Notes under the pieces: generated by a model
The model's database searches: none
Told to the model about the DNA's origin: nothing
What the model saw: the letters and a program-made list of their open reading frames with translations, nothing else
Translations under genes and position numbers: made by a program
Source of the DNA: Phoronis australis
Lineage: Eukaryota; Animalia; Phoronida
Direction of reading: 5' to 3'
Assembly: GCA_002633005.1 (NCBI GenBank)
Contig: NMRA01000135.1
Location: forward strand, 61,115-125,114
DNA: 64,000 nucleotides
Part shown: piece after piece, positions 1 to 13,619 of the stretch
Layout of the letters: each line of letters begins with the position of its first letter
Position numbering within the stretch: the stretch's first letter is position 1

Positions 1-208
1 AATTTTTACTCAAAATCGTACTCGAAATATAGATGAGATACACTTCAGTTCGAGTACACTCGAAAACTGAGTACGTGCTCGAAATTTCGAGTACAGATTT
101 TTCGAGTATGACATTGAATACACCAAAGCTGAGTCTGTACTCGAGTTGAGTATGAAGTGTGAGTTTGAGCATGATTCGAGTCTGAGTACGGAGATTGGAG
201 ACCGGGCC
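1..208. mobile_element. End of a PIF/Harbinger-type DNA transposon or MITE (continues left out of the window)
   Basis: Positions 178-208 are the exact reverse complement of the 31-bp GGCCCGGTCTCCAATCTCCGTACTCAGACTC at 17066-17096. The end is followed by CTG (209-211), matching the CWG target duplication known for Harbinger3-type elements. Dense subterminal GAGT/ACTC repeats. Confidence 0.7.
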
Positions 209-574
209 CTGGTGAATGTCCGAGAAACGAAGGGATTGCCGAGCGCCACTGAAGCAAGCTGGGAAATATCACAAATCTACTAGCAGAAAACATCAGAACT
301 TGTCCAAAACTGAAGTCTTCCGCAAGGTGACATGCCAGAAAAAAAAACACCATAGGCATGGAAATTCAAAGGCAAACTCAAACGAGAGAGAACCGGAAGA
401 AGTGAGAACACAGCAGCGCCTTTCAGTGGCGTATATCAACACAAAACTGCATATGATGAGGGAGATATCTTAGTGTACAGCAGCTGGAAATGACACAGGG
501 CGCCAGAGTTAAACCCGCGTAGCAACCGACTCTCTGCCCGCTCTTGTGCCCGCTCTCTGCCCGGTCTGCCTCCG

Positions 575-630
575 CCACTGGGAATCGAACCACCGGTCTT
601 CAGATTGCTGTATCCACTGAGCCACTAAGG
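575..630 (-). mobile_element. tRNA-derived SINE head (Pol III A/B boxes)
   Basis: Minus strand reads TAGTGGCTCAGTGG (A box, 614-624) then GGTTCGATTCC (B box, 581-591). There is no complete cloverleaf, so this is not a tRNA gene. Confidence 0.55.
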
Positions 631-1100
631 ACTCGATATCTGTGGAAATACTTTTTGCAGCCATCTGTTGTCATACATCCTACGAGCGACGTTTCTCCTT
701 TTTGCACGACATTTGGACAATGATATAGGCCGAATCGGCATTTTAGAAGACCAATAGACTAGTAATCTAGAGACCCGGTGGTTCGATCTATTCCATGATA
801 ATTGGGGTTCGGCTGATTTTTCTGACTGAGTTTATTTGATATATTTCACTGTTGGCCAACCGTAGCGTATAATAAACAGGTTTCAGCGTTTTTTGGAGTT
901 CAACTTTAACTCGTAAACCGTTATAGCCGGGTATCTCTGAAATGAGCAAAAATATACACCTCAATACAATGGCTATCCGTCAAAAATCTGCAACCATGCC
1001 TCCGAAATTGCTTCATAACATTACGTTTTGAGAAACGGCGTTGGTTTCTCATGATTTGCATGTTAGACAGATTCATACATCATTTTTGCCCAATAAAAAA

Positions 1101-1660
1101 TAATCTTGTAAGAAATGACTCAAGTTTCCGGCAGTGAATTCAGTTGCAAGCCTGGTTGGAAAAATTCTAAAATACCGGATCCCCAAATAGGTGAAGTACA
1201 CTTAGACGATTTTTGCCCTTATCTAATCTAAAATACCTCTCAAAGACATTGATGAAATTCAAACATTTACCAAAAAATAATATACTCACAATTCAAATGA
1301 CAATAAGTGCATTGATTTTTAATTAGGTAGGAGATCTGTCATTTAAACTCATAAACAAGAGATCAAAAAGGAATTAAATCATTAAATCAAGGTAAACGAA
1401 TTTCTCATGGAATCGATTGTTCATTTCTGATTTTACATGTTTATGTATCTCGAAAATCGACTCATTGATAAATGATTTTTGACAATTAGAAGCTAATCTT
1501 GTAAGAATTCGCGATGCGTCACTGAACTTAGTTGCAAGCTGACATAGGTAAATTTCGATATATCATCAGATCTCCAAATATCAAACGATTTTGTCCCAAG
1601 AATTTTGATGAATGTCAGACAGCTCTACAAAGGGTACCAAAATATTCTCACAATAATTTT
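1101..1660 (+). repeat. Degenerate direct duplication (about 1101-1300 and 1495-1660)
   Basis: Both copies share the blocks TAATCTTGTAAGAA, AGTTGCAAGC, CCAAATA, ACGATTTT and TTGATGAA in the same order. Confidence 0.45.
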
Positions 1661-4600
1661 TTACTAACTTGGGATCTAGTTTCGTGGTTTAACTCCACAA
1701 ACCATAGATAAAGAAGTTCTTGTCCTTAAATAAATAAAATTAAACTCATTGCTTATTAACTTGAAAAGGTTGTCTTAGCACTTCCTCGATGTTAATAGTT
1801 TTCAGTGGTATTGCGCAATTAATTTTTGTTCTTTAAGATTGGATTCTTGGCTTCTCATTCCTTTGCATGCTACATAGACGGAGCGCGCCAATAGAAATAA
1901 GGTTCTACCATGTAGTAGGCCAGCACAGAATCTGAGTGATCCACAGGAAATTAATTTGAAATCCAAGTGTTGAAGTGTGTGCATTTTTGGACACACTCTG
2001 TATCATTTTCCCCAGGCACCAGAAATTGGGCTAGCGGCCTTTTTTCAACAAGAAATTTTGAAGCAGCCCCTCGGGACTTAGCCTTTTCAACAAATTCCTT
2101 CAAAGAATGACCATAATAAAACGAACTTTTCCCAAAACTGGACCATAATAAAATCAATCTTGACCTTAAAGCCAACGCAGACTTTTAGGTACGAGCTAAG
2201 CTGCCTTTCTCAAGTGAATCATAGCTGTCAGTTTTAGTTCACTGAATTTGATTTTTTCACAGTTAGGTCTGAGCTACAGTTACTCGAGTGTCAGGCATCT
2301 CCCAGCAACACGTCACGTACGCTGGCCTAAAGCTCATTCTTACTCTAAGTAAAACTTTTTTGGCTCACAGGTTTATCAAAACCATGATGGCTGCATGCCC
2401 GGGATTGCCTCCCCCCCTTACCTTTGGCGGACGAAGTGGTGGCGATAGGAAGGGGGGGAGGGGGGGGGGAGGAGTTTTCCGAAGTCCAATTGGTTTGTGC
2501 TCCCCCAATTATTTTTGTCCTCCTACAGGCCTGTGACAATACTATTTTAACATAATCTACGCTAAACAAGGTACAGTTATAAATGTGAAAACAAAATTCT
2601 GCAAATAGTTTGTACTGACGTAATTTGCGGACTCGTTTAACCCGCATCATGCAGTGTTATTCCTCGCCACCACGTCTCGATACTTACTGAACACAATTCA
2701 GTGATTTGCGGCGGATAATTTTCGCCACAAAACTCGTTCTTAAAAACGCGAAGCAATTTTCAACCCAGTAGTACTTCACATTTTCACACCGTCCGGCGCT
2801 ATTAGATACTAACAGTCACGTGTTCGTAGAATGACGATCATCGATAAGCACATGCGCTTATTTATTTACATAGGAGGAAAATTAGATATTGTGGTGAATA
2901 CAGAGTTTTTCCTTTCTTCGTATTTCAAAAATCATGAATTTTGTGATTGTGTCTGCAAATTCCATCATTGGGGAAAATGAATAACCTCTCTAATACTATC
3001 ACATGTTGACTTAATTTGCATTCAAGCTCCGGAGTCAGTGATTTGACCCCTCTCTCCCTCAACTTCCGACTTTACTTGCAATCTCTCGATTTCAAGATAT
3101 TAGTTGTCACGAAAAGTAGTTTTATTCGCAATGCCCGACACGGGATAAATGCCTGGGCCAATGGCTGGTAAAATGGTGTTCAAAGTGTTTATTACCTGGG
3201 AAATTTTGCTGAAAATTTTGTTGTCTCATGGGATCGATGCTAATCCCGGCGATCCCAGTCATTGGCATATCACTTCCTGGAATCAATTGGCACAAATTTT
3301 CTCAGTTTATGAACTAGTAAAAAACCACGGATCTTTCTTGGGCACTTTATTATTTTTACTAAAATGATTTTGGACTATTTTTCGAACTTAGTTATGTGGA
3401 GCCTGAGAGTCACCCTCATGAAACAGGCTTGAGACTTCCCAGGTCAGTTGTAGCTTCAGATCAGGCCTTATTGGTGAATTACTTATTGGGATGGGTTAGT
3501 TTCAGTCCCCACATTGTTGAATGGCAAAACAATATTAATAAAATGTACATTGTACACAGGTATGTCAAGTTTATTATTTAAGACAGTCAGTATCTCAACA
3601 GACAGTATAACAAAGCACTGATACATTCTGGTTACCGTAACAACAACACAAAGGCATTTGAATGTAGGTGTACAAAAATTTGTTCATCCTAAGCTGCACC
3701 CTTGAAACAAATGAGTAAAACTGCGAGTCACTTTTAAGAATTTAAAAAAACGAGATCTTAGAGATTTTCACTTTCTATGTTTAGACTCCCTTGACTCACC
3801 TTTATCTGATATTGCCCTTAACGGAATCGGTGAAAAAATATGACATAATCATCAACCATACAACACAATTTTCATTGCTACCATTACAATCATAAGTGCA
3901 CTGTAATGCATTTTTCAGAAATCAAAAACTGCAGCCAGTCTTCAAACCAGACATTTCAAGCCCTAACTGAATCAAGAAAATATTACTCTTATTAAAATTT
4001 TACTGCAAAATCTGCTTATATCACACTCGAAACACAAGCACTCTCAAAAAACTTAGTGAGCTTTGTAACAGCCTACAGACAAAAGGCAACAAAATTTATT
4101 CAAAACAACCCTGCTGCCAATCAGTGTAAAATCGACACACAAAAAGCCGTACTTCAATTTTTACACTTGGTAATTAACATCAAAACTCTAAATATCCAAA
4201 AATAGTACTGAACACCAACACAGTCAAATCCACATAGTGAAAATTTTCAGCTTGGGACAAAAATCGTTCCTAAAATTGCCATTTTTCGAAATGCTTAAAA
4301 ATCTTATCATCCGTTTGGCGACAGCTATATGGTACAAACCATGCTGAACAGGGATTAAATGTTCTTTAAAAATTATTTCATTCCGAAATTTTACAAAACA
4401 AATTATTACACTTGCCAACTACACTGTGCCCCAAACTGAAGATTTGATACCAAATTTTGATTCTTTTGCGTTGGTGTCCATCTCTTTCACAAAAGTCTTG
4501 CATAGCATATAATACATATAAAGTGTCTTTGGAAAAAGCATGTGACGATGTTTTGTTGTGCTGTGCAAATTACAAAAAACTGCTATGAACACATCTTCAG

Positions 4601-4699
4601 CCAAAAACACAACTTTTGACTTAAGGAGAAAAAAGGTGAACAGAAAAACTAAAAAAGCCACTAGAGACCGCTACTAGTAAATCTGAAAATTAATGTTAA

Positions 4700-5105
4700 A
4701 GCCTATCTTCAACGGTAACACCTGAAAATTTGGTTCCTAAAGTATGTTACGAGCATCCCTCTGAGCCCACTAGTGCTATAAATTGCCAAATGTAATGAAC
4801 TGTTAGGCGTGTTGGCTTGCTTTTGTCTACGTCACAGCGAGAATCACCTTTTAATTCAAACAGCTGCGAATAACACCCGCACGCAATGGTGTTCTATTCA
4901 GACCCCTATTCAATACAACCTTTTGTTGTTGTGCTGGGATCTCGCGGTGAAGCAAAATTGTGCGAAAAGGCAGCTTCACTTACCATTTGACGGGCTTACA
5001 CTTGCGTGATTGAACTCACGTTTTCTTATTTTACTAAAGCTTTGCTAAGGACTATCTGGTTAGCCCAATACATCTAAAATAACAAAATTCCGTTGAAGTT
5101 AGGCT
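4700..5105. mobile_element. TTAA-flanked MITE, Kolobok-like
   Basis: TTAA(4696-4699)+AGCCTATCTTCAACGG ... CCGTTGAAGTTAGGCT+TTAA(5106-5109). The TIR matches 15/16. TTAA duplication with AG..CT ends fits Kolobok better than piggyBac (CCY ends). Confidence 0.7.
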
Positions 5106-6172
5106 TTAAGAATAAAGAAATAAGGATTTCCTAGTCCACCATACTGCGTCCTGAATTGTAGACCACTTACTGCTGTGACATGGGTGTCAAGGTGTTCCTT
5201 ATTCAGATTACAGAGGGTTTGGGAAGAACTGATAGTCCGTTATTGCCAGAAATCATGAGTAGAGCATACATTGTCCCAAGGGATCAAGCCAATCTGTTGC
5301 GCCTGCTCTCAAACAATAACAAACTACGAGTTCCTTACAAGACCAGAAATCTGAGCAAGAACTAATTTCAGGCCAACTTCATAACGATAAGTTGTCTAAA
5401 TCAAATTAAGTGTTTTTTGACAGAACGGTTCATAGCACCTTTAACATTACAGACATAAAATAAAATAAAATAAAACAAAACAAAAACAGCAAAGAAGACG
5501 GAAAATCTAATATACATTTTTATTCTTATATTCTACTGTATGATATATACTCCAGGGACGCATCCTTATGTTTTATCTTGAATCCGAGGCTATAATCTGC
5601 AAATCTATGTGATTGTCAAAACGTGCAAGTCTCCCACCTGCATGTACCCAATTACATACATGATTACGGTATGGAGACAGCAACCTAGTGCTGGAAACCA
5701 AATAGATGACAACATAAGGGGTGACCCAATCAACACTACTGAGTGAAACCAGATGAAGTGAGGCAGAGGGAGGGTGGGAAGGAGAGGAGGGTGAGGATGG
5801 AGGGACAAATGGAGGGAGTGGGAAGGAGAGATGATGGGTAAGCTGAAAGAACAAATCAGACAGTGACAAGAAGACAATGGAATGGACAGAAAGGGTGGAA
5901 GTGTATATATACGGGCCTTATGCTTCCCCCTCTCGGCCCAAGGATAGCTAGTCTTACTGTGTCATTACTGACATGTAAAGTTGAAAAACCATTTCACTAC
6001 CTTGTTCATAACACTTGGAAATGAGCAAAAGATGTGCAGTTTTGATTTCTTATTTAGAAGAACAAGTCAAGCGATCTAAGAGATCAGAATAGAAATTATG
6101 CAACAACTGCTCAGTTCCAGAAATCGGTTTCATAAACTATGAACTCCCCTCATCTGCAGCATAGAGTGTACC

Positions 6173-6340
6173 TCACATGGGATGAGAGGGTGCCTCGTTA
6201 GTCACAATTTCTGCCTTGTCTGATGTAGTGACATCCCGGGACATGTCACCGCCCGACCGCTCCCGGCGGTTTCTGTACCAGCGCAAGATGCAGAAGGCTG
6301 TTTGAATGAGCCAGAAGAGAAAACAAAACCAGTAGGCAGA
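6173..6340 (-). CDS. TMEM179: TMEM179 exon 5 (terminal)
   Basis: TTTCAG|TCT acceptor; TM4 SAYWFCFLFWLIQTAFCIL, then a basic tail and TGA. Confidence 0.9.
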   Translation of the reverse strand, partial: SAYWFCFLFWLIQTAFCILRWYRNRRERSGGDMSRDVTTSDKAEIVTNEAPSHPM

Positions 6341-9300
6341 CTGAAATGGTAACAAGAACAACATTTACCAAATTACTATTTAAATAAAATGGTAACAAAA
6401 ACAACTTTTACCAAATTACTATTTTTTCAAATGCACTGCTATTGTGATAATCAAAATTTCAATACGAGACATTACTTTATCATTCACATAATCACACTTT
6501 CCATCACAAATAAGCAACTCACTTTGACAACTAAAGTAATTCTTCACTTATTTTGCACAAAAAATGCCAAAACTCTCTTTTTATCTATTTCTGAAAGGCT
6601 GATCACTTTGCTGCAAAATAATGAAAACTTTACCAAAAGTTGTTTTATGACATCACAGTGCAAACCAAGCTAAGAATAGACCTAAGTTTTCTAATTTAAA
6701 TGTTTATTTTAGTTGATAAATGTGATAAAATAAAATTTCACTCATGTGCCATTTTGTGAGTTAAATACATGGCGAATTACTGTTAACTTCATTACAGCAA
6801 CTTGTAAGTTTTCTTTAATGGCACGGCATTTTGCAACTGTAAATTCAATTTCCCAAGAAATAAGATAGGATAATTGACTTTCATTGTAAGTTGAGTTCTA
6901 AGGTGAGAGATACCTGCCTTTCAGTTAAAACAACATTACCATGACAGCAAATGTCTCCACAAATAAAATTCACAAAATGATGCCTTTTCTACTTGTAACC
7001 AAACATTTTCAAAATATCTGGAATTAAATATTTTTTGAAAGTCTATTATGAAATACTCAGTACAATAAATTTACAGACCAAGAAAGCGCCAAGAGGCATT
7101 ATATCCAGAATTAAATGCCAAAAATTTTCACAAGAGCAATAGGTGACCCAAAGACATTTGATTTGTTGGCTGGGGTGCGATGAATCGTTCTTTACATTCT
7201 CAGCTCAGTCTAACGTTTCAAAAACCATGTCCGAATAACACGATGTGTTTTTGAAAGAGAAGTGAATCTGGGACAAGACTGTTAATTTGTGATGAATACT
7301 TATGGACTGATGGCGTTGCAAGTTATAAGTATGTCCATGGTAAATTGTAAAAAGTGACAAACTGGCTCCAAAAGTAATAAAATTGTCATGTATTCATTCA
7401 TCAGTTAACACAGGGTCGGGTCTGTCTTCAGAAATTACCCGACTGTGCCCATTATACTGCACGTTAAAGCAATTAGTCAAGGTATGAAAAACATAACTTA
7501 TACTGCAATGCAAGACAGTAACTTACCGAAGCAACAGAATAGTAGGTGTGCCATGTTGTCCCATTGTATGTATCCCCAGGGTTTTGTGGATCATACCACT
7601 TGAAAATTGTCTCGTTCTGAGTGGATGCACATCCTTTACTAGAAAAAGAAACAACAGATTATCAGTGCAGGTATTCAGGTATCTTCCAGGGATCATTTTT
7701 GAAAAACATGCCTATGGGTTTGTTGACCCACAGGGCCTCAAATCTGCGGGTACGTTTAGAGAACCTAAGGGTCACGTTAGTCTTTTATCATTTTCAATTC
7801 CAAATCTTTGAGTGGCATGCTTCATTGCTATCCCAGTACATTATGCAAAATTTGATCAGCTGACCTGCATTGCTGAAATGTTGGAATCTGAATCTGAATT
7901 ACCCATGTGGCAAACAAAATACAGAAGTGAAGGACTTTTGGCTAGAACCACCTCATGACCAAGTATTAATAGAAAGCTTAATGCGCTCGGGGTCTGTTTC
8001 TGGAAAAAATCTTACATCAGCAAAAGTGCAAAACCTCTGAGAAAAGCACACATTACTGCTAGTTACTGAGATAATTTCTATAAATTACTTCTGCGCTCAT
8101 ATTTACTTGGCTAAACCTTTATTCAAGAATAGTGAAGTGGTCCGAGAATAAGACCAAATTTCTGATGTTTCAGGTGTTATGGCCATTTTCATGAAATAGA
8201 CCTTCGATCTTCAAAAAGGAGAGCTAATCCACCCATTCAGCATTGCAAGTTTCCACAGTTTTTTGCAAGTAGAGCATCTGTGAATCCTCGGTGTTAATCA
8301 ACGGTTTTAAACAAAACATAAACTGTAATAACCACCAACGACAAGGTCTTTGAAAGTGATTTACAGTACATCCAAACTTCAACCTCTGTTTGAATAAGAA
8401 CTCCTTATGCAAAAAACAAAGCCTACTGTCTGTTGGATAGTGTTTATCTTGTTAATTAAATACCAAAAGGCTATGTCTAAAAGCCGCCTCAAAATCATAC
8501 AGATAATACAATACACAATTACGGTCACAAAAGATTTCAAATAATCCCAAAGGATAAGTGAGAGGTTTTCATTGTTAACTGCAAGCTATAATCAAAAGCT
8601 GGTTATTTCATGTTCATCAAAACTGTTCACATATTACTGGGTCACTCAACATAACGCCGTGACAAACTTTTAAATGAAATAAACACAACAGAAATGTTTC
8701 AAAATTCATTACAAGTACGCACAGCTAATTCCAGCTTTGTAGTCACCACCTGTGAACCTGATATTTAAAAATGATGGGTTCACATGAATGTTTTTCCTCG
8801 TGGCCACTAAAAGACCCTCTAGAACCAATCATACAAACTTCACAGAGCAGCTCTTTTAGTTGAGGATAGGTGATATTTCCTGGTCTTGTTCTCAATGCTT
8901 ACTGTTTTGTTATTAAAGCTACTACAACCCCCCCTTCTGATAAAGAAACAGACATTTGATTTTGACCACTAACTTGTAACCTTGCTCAACTGAGAAGTGA
9001 TGTCTGGGTTTGGAGAGAGCCAACAGTTTGCTGTACACCTAAAATGCCCTGTCGTGACAAGTCAACGTTTTTAGCTTGATCTCAAATGACAAGCAGTCAG
9101 TTCATGCTACGCCCAGAAATCGCCTCTAATCTGAGTGAACTAAGAACAAATTACAACAAGATTTATGGCAGTAAAAGGTTTAAACTAAATTTTACTTTAT
9201 TGACAAAAGTCAGATTCATAGCCCCATTAACACTACCCAAGCTAAACTGTACATGCAACAAAATGCTTGCAGTAATGTTTCATGAATAAGATGAATTCAT

Positions 9301-12300
9301 AAATAAAATATGTCACATTTATTGATCAATCCACTCACTCATGAATCTTGTTGCCTTCCATGCTTGTTAAATCGCTGCAAAAGTTGCTAAGGCCGGCGCT
9401 GACAATGATGCTCGAAATGAAGACGAGAACAGTTATGAGAGAGTTGATAAGAATAAAAGGCATAATCCACATCTGGCGGCTGAAATTATAACAATAACAA
9501 TATTTTAATAAGTACAAGAATAAGAATTATAGTTACGCATTGTATCACAAACAACAAGAATAGGAATTATAATAATTATAACAAAACCAGTAAGCATAAG
9601 CATGCATTGAAAGACCCTTCAGCTGAATTACTAGATCTGAAAAATTACAACTTCTGGAACTTGATCCAACAGTTTCCTGGTAATTGCAGAGTCACCTGGC
9701 TCCCTCTACTGGGGATTGAAGGCTGATTGGTTCCTGTGAAAATTGTCGCCCAGCGCAAGGCCCTGGACCATGAGTCAGATTGCTTAAATCTGACGGTCCC
9801 TTGTCTATTCAATGAGAGATTTCTGTTTCTCACCTAATCAAGGAGACATGAGGGTGCTGGAGACAGAGAGTTGTTGGTTTGAGTGGGGTACCAGAGAGGC
9901 TGAGTGTCACAAAGAGGTTGTGTGTCATAGACAGCTGACATCAAATGAACATTGGCAGAGTGTTATGTAAGTTTGTGTGAACCAGCCAGTCATCACTCAG
10001 CAGTAGTAGCCAGGCATCTCTGTAACGTGTCCATATTACAGTAAGTTTCCAAAGGGTCCCATTTTTGGGTTATGCCCAGGTAGTGTGTGCTGATTGTGTG
10101 CTTTGACCATAGGAAGTGAGCAAGTACAAGATATTGGACAACCCTTGGCAGAAATTGGTCATTACCGAGCACACCAGACACTCCTAATTTGACTAACCGC
10201 CGTATGGGCGATCTCGGATGCACAGCAGACATTTGATTTCACCAATTTTTCAATTCGGATATATCGTTTATGTCATTTCTTCCAAATGCATTGTTCTTAG
10301 GGGCCACAATTTTGAAAAAACCCATGCAGGGTTCCCTTGTTAGTGCTACCCCGGTTTCTGTTTAACGACCTGGGAATTTTGCCAGATTCTGTGACATTTG
10401 GCAAATTGAGGTTATGCTAAGCATCGAGCCCTGACATTACAGCATTTTACCTGTTGAGCCCAACTTGTTCGATCATATAGCCCAACATCAAGTTGGAAGG
10501 ATGACCCCTGTAGCCAATATCTTACACGACTGATTAACTCCATTCTGGCATTTATGGTTGGAGGGGCACCTTTCTTTTGTTCGATAATCTCTAATCTATG
10601 ATAAGATTGTATCTAGCCTGACTGGGATGTATTGTTAAAATAAAAATTACGTTTTGAAATATTTGAGCACAAACCAATAGCATTTCGGAATTCCTTGTTA
10701 AATGCTGATCATGTTTAGTTTTTGAATCACCAAAATCGCCCAACTACAACCGACGTTATGACAATCTATTCTTTCCGATCGTACCAATTAAGTCCCACTG
10801 GGTTTGACTGTGTTCACACATGGTCGATAATAAGCCTGGTAGATAATTAGCTTGTACTTTATCATATCAGACAAAAGACTGTTATCACATGCTCACAACC
10901 ACTTTATGTCTTGACATAAAGTCACTGAACGGGAGAACGCTCTAATGGTTGTGAATCTCAAATAATTTCTGTCTAAGATTATTGTCAACATTTTCGATAT
11001 GAAATGTCCCTACTTTGGTTTCATTAACTTAAGGCTCAACATCAATTGATTTATCCCGATTTGCACGCTGGTGACAGACACTTCTCGAGTCACGCAGTCG
11101 GCACTGATGAGTATGTGTTCCTGAATTATACTTCCAGTTTAGGTCTTTAACTCCAATTATAGACCAGCAAAGACACCATACACATGGCACAAAATCTTGC
11201 TTGCACTCAAAAACTCCTCAAACGTGGATAAAAACATCTCGGTTCGCCTCCCTAAACGACATGTAAATGCTTCCATTGGATCAGGTCCCCACAGTTGTCA
11301 TGAATGGACCATTTTCAGTGCACGTGAGGAATTAAGGAGTAGGAGTCTGGGGTTTGTAATTGCGGGCTTTGTGTTTGCTGGTCTGGGACTAAGATTTAGG
11401 GGATTGTAGGTGGAAATAAGCAGAAGAATCATGACATTCTTTCCATCCCCGGGTAAACATTTTATTACATATGCAATGCCTGGTTTGTGACAGTTGGCCG
11501 ATATTTACTCATATTCTACCATGAAGGAGTTCATCAAATGTCTAAGACTAATGGCTGAGTGAGATCGTGTAGTATTCGTCAAGAGCTACATACCCAATAG
11601 CGGCGTCCTTTTTACACACTGCATAGGTGTAATAAACACCCATTCCGACACCATACAGAATAGAGGCAATTACGTTGAGAAATGTGACAAAGTCACATAG
11701 GGATGAAGTTCCAAATCTGAACTGAAAATGCGATACATTGGTCCATGAACCACCGCTGTTCAGAAGGCAATGACCCTTGAAATTCACCTAAAAGCACATA
11801 GGTAGGTATAAATATATCACACAGGTACAAACATTGCACACAGGTATACATGCGTGCACCCAGCCTAAAAATGGGGGGCTCCAATTTTAGAGAATGTGGA
11901 CCTTTTACTACGAACGTTCAGAGTTATGAATTGTGCATTCACCGAATTTTGGTAGTTCCTTTCTTTTTAGAGGACTTTTGTCTCATTTTCTACTTTCTTT
12001 CTGAGTTTTGGCATCTCTGGAGTGGACCTTTTTGCCTACTTCGCCAAGTTCTAATGCCTCACCACCAAGACACTGTAGCAAAATTATAATAACAGTCGCG
12101 TAAAATATCAGCACAAATGTAGTAAACATACAGAAGCAGTCAGTTGTGCATGTCGAGTTATCTCAGCACAAATAGCGTCCACACTACAGTACTAACAGAC
12201 CTAGCCAAAACTGCATCCAGTAGTAACTTGTTCTAGGGCAGTTCAGTGTGGACAGCACTTTAAGTGATAGATTTTCAACCAGGAAAGGTGTTTATTATAC

Positions 12301-13619
12301 CACGTACATTTCTGCAGCAATTCTACTGATATTTCAGATAAGTCCAGGGTTTTATTTTTCCATACTAATCCACATTTCGAGATCTAAGATAAGATACAGC
12401 ACCAAAATCAAATTATACAAACTGGTAAGTGTTATAATCAGGAGGAGTCCAATAAACAAGCATATGACACTTTTTAAGCACAAACTATCATGCAGACAAG
12501 ATTCTAAAACTGTGATTACTATGGCACACTAAATTTAAGACAATATTAATAAATGAGGAAATAAAATGTTCAAAATGAATGATATGTACCGGTAGTCGTC
12601 TCACAAGGAAACTTACACCAAAATATAGAATGGTTGACCACGTTTTGTACCTTTGTATTGTAACCCAGGCATTCAAATGACACCAAACTTGTCCCTTACG
12701 CCATTTAAAAGAAACATAATCTGGTGAATGTTACTTCCACCATTCTCATGGTTTAGTGATAAAAAAAGAAAAATCTAAATTCAAAATTCAAACCAGTTGT
12801 GATGCTGTATTGTTACTTCTTTGTTTCGGCAGAGCGACACTGATGTATTGGGAGGCTGTGATAATTTCTGTAGTAAAATTTTCTTTGACATGCCATTCAT
12901 TGCTTACAAAATATAGTGAAGTGAAAAAAATTCTGGTATTTTGTTTGAAATTGCACCTAAGTTAGTGAACAAGGAACAGATAAGAAATGGCAAAAAAGAA
13001 ATCATCCACAGTCAAGGTGAGATGCTTTATTTCAAGGAGCGCAAAGCCAGAGCACACATGATTGCTTCACAAATTTAGCAACAGAATAAAGGAATGACTG
13101 AGTTTTTCATCAGTTATGCAAATTACAGGTTAGCTTCAGTGTAAAGCTTTAAACTAAATATAGATTTGCGTTGTTGTGGGTAAAAAACTGACCAAATAAA
13201 ATCTGCTATAAAATTGTCATTAAAAACTACGGCTCTTCCTTGAGTAAAATAAAAATGGTTAGAAAAATTGGCGTTCTATCGTTTTTCTGCAGCTAAAGTT
13301 GTGGGGTGATCTTATGCATCGGCCCAAGTTAACCACCGCAGCCCCAGAGGGCAACGCTGATGGACCAACTAGCATAGTTACTACGTAAATGTGATGTTCA
13401 CTCGCAAAGGAAATAGCGACGCACTGGGTCGGACTTTTGCTCAACTATTTGCACACAGATCTATCTTCCAATGTTTTTCTAACACTAGAAAGTGTGGCAT
13501 TTTGTACCCAAACCTACCGTTGTCACTCCAATAGGTATACTTGTTACTAAACCACAAGCAGCAACTGTGAAATAAAGTAAAGCTTGCACAGAAAGCTGAC
13601 AATCAAATGGAAATCCCAT
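6173..13619 (-). CDS. TMEM179: Transmembrane protein 179-family protein (TMEM179/179B-like), 238 aa, 5 exons
   Basis: complement(join(6173..6340,7527..7638,9339..9479,11594..11787,13518..13619)) = 717 nt with all introns GT-AG and phase-consistent. The protein has four hydrophobic helices and family-like motifs FKGHCLL, C-D-F, GLSNFC and a terminal AYW helix. Confidence 0.85.
7527..7638 (-). CDS. TMEM179: TMEM179 exon 4
   Basis: TTCTAG|T acceptor and TCG|GTAAGT donor; KGCASTQNETIFKWYD...YSVAS; phases fit both neighbours. Confidence 0.85.
9339..9479 (-). CDS. TMEM179: TMEM179 exon 3
   Basis: TTTCAG|C acceptor and GA|GTGAGT donor; TM3 plus GLSNFC. Confidence 0.9.
10495..10940 (+). repeat. Dispersed repeat family A, copy 1 (TMEM179 intron 2)
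   Basis: Collinear similarity with 15805-16275 (CCTGTAGCCA, ATTCTGGCATTTATG, AAAATCGCCCAACTACAACCGA, GGGTTTGACTGTGTTCACAC). Confidence 0.75.
11594..11787 (-). CDS. TMEM179: TMEM179 exon 2
   Basis: TTTTAG|GTG acceptor and GG|GTATGT donor; VNFKGHCLLNSGG...YYTYAVCKK. Confidence 0.9.
13130..13320 (+). repeat. Dispersed repeat family B, copy 1
   Basis: Shares GTGGGTAAAAAA, CTTGAGTAAA, GTTCTA and GCTAAAGT in order with 18590-18790. Confidence 0.55.
13518..13619 (-). CDS. TMEM179: TMEM179 exon 1 (MGFPFDCQLSVQALLYF...IGVTT)
   Basis: CAAAATGG start context; donor ACG|GTAGGT; encodes TM1. Not in the ORF track. Confidence 0.85.

Noticed and set aside
575-630. tRNA gene
   Set aside because: A and B boxes are present, but the anticodon arm and acceptor stem are incomplete, which fits a SINE.
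5755-5900. Purine-rich GGA tract with Pro/Ser-rich minus-strand ORFs
   Set aside because: Simple low-complexity sequence in the TMEM179 3' region with no coding evidence.
11104-11140. CTGATGA motifs (also near 15230, 48660, 52181 and 63908) as hammerhead ribozyme cores
   Set aside because: I found no properly placed stem II plus GAAA or closing stems by eye.
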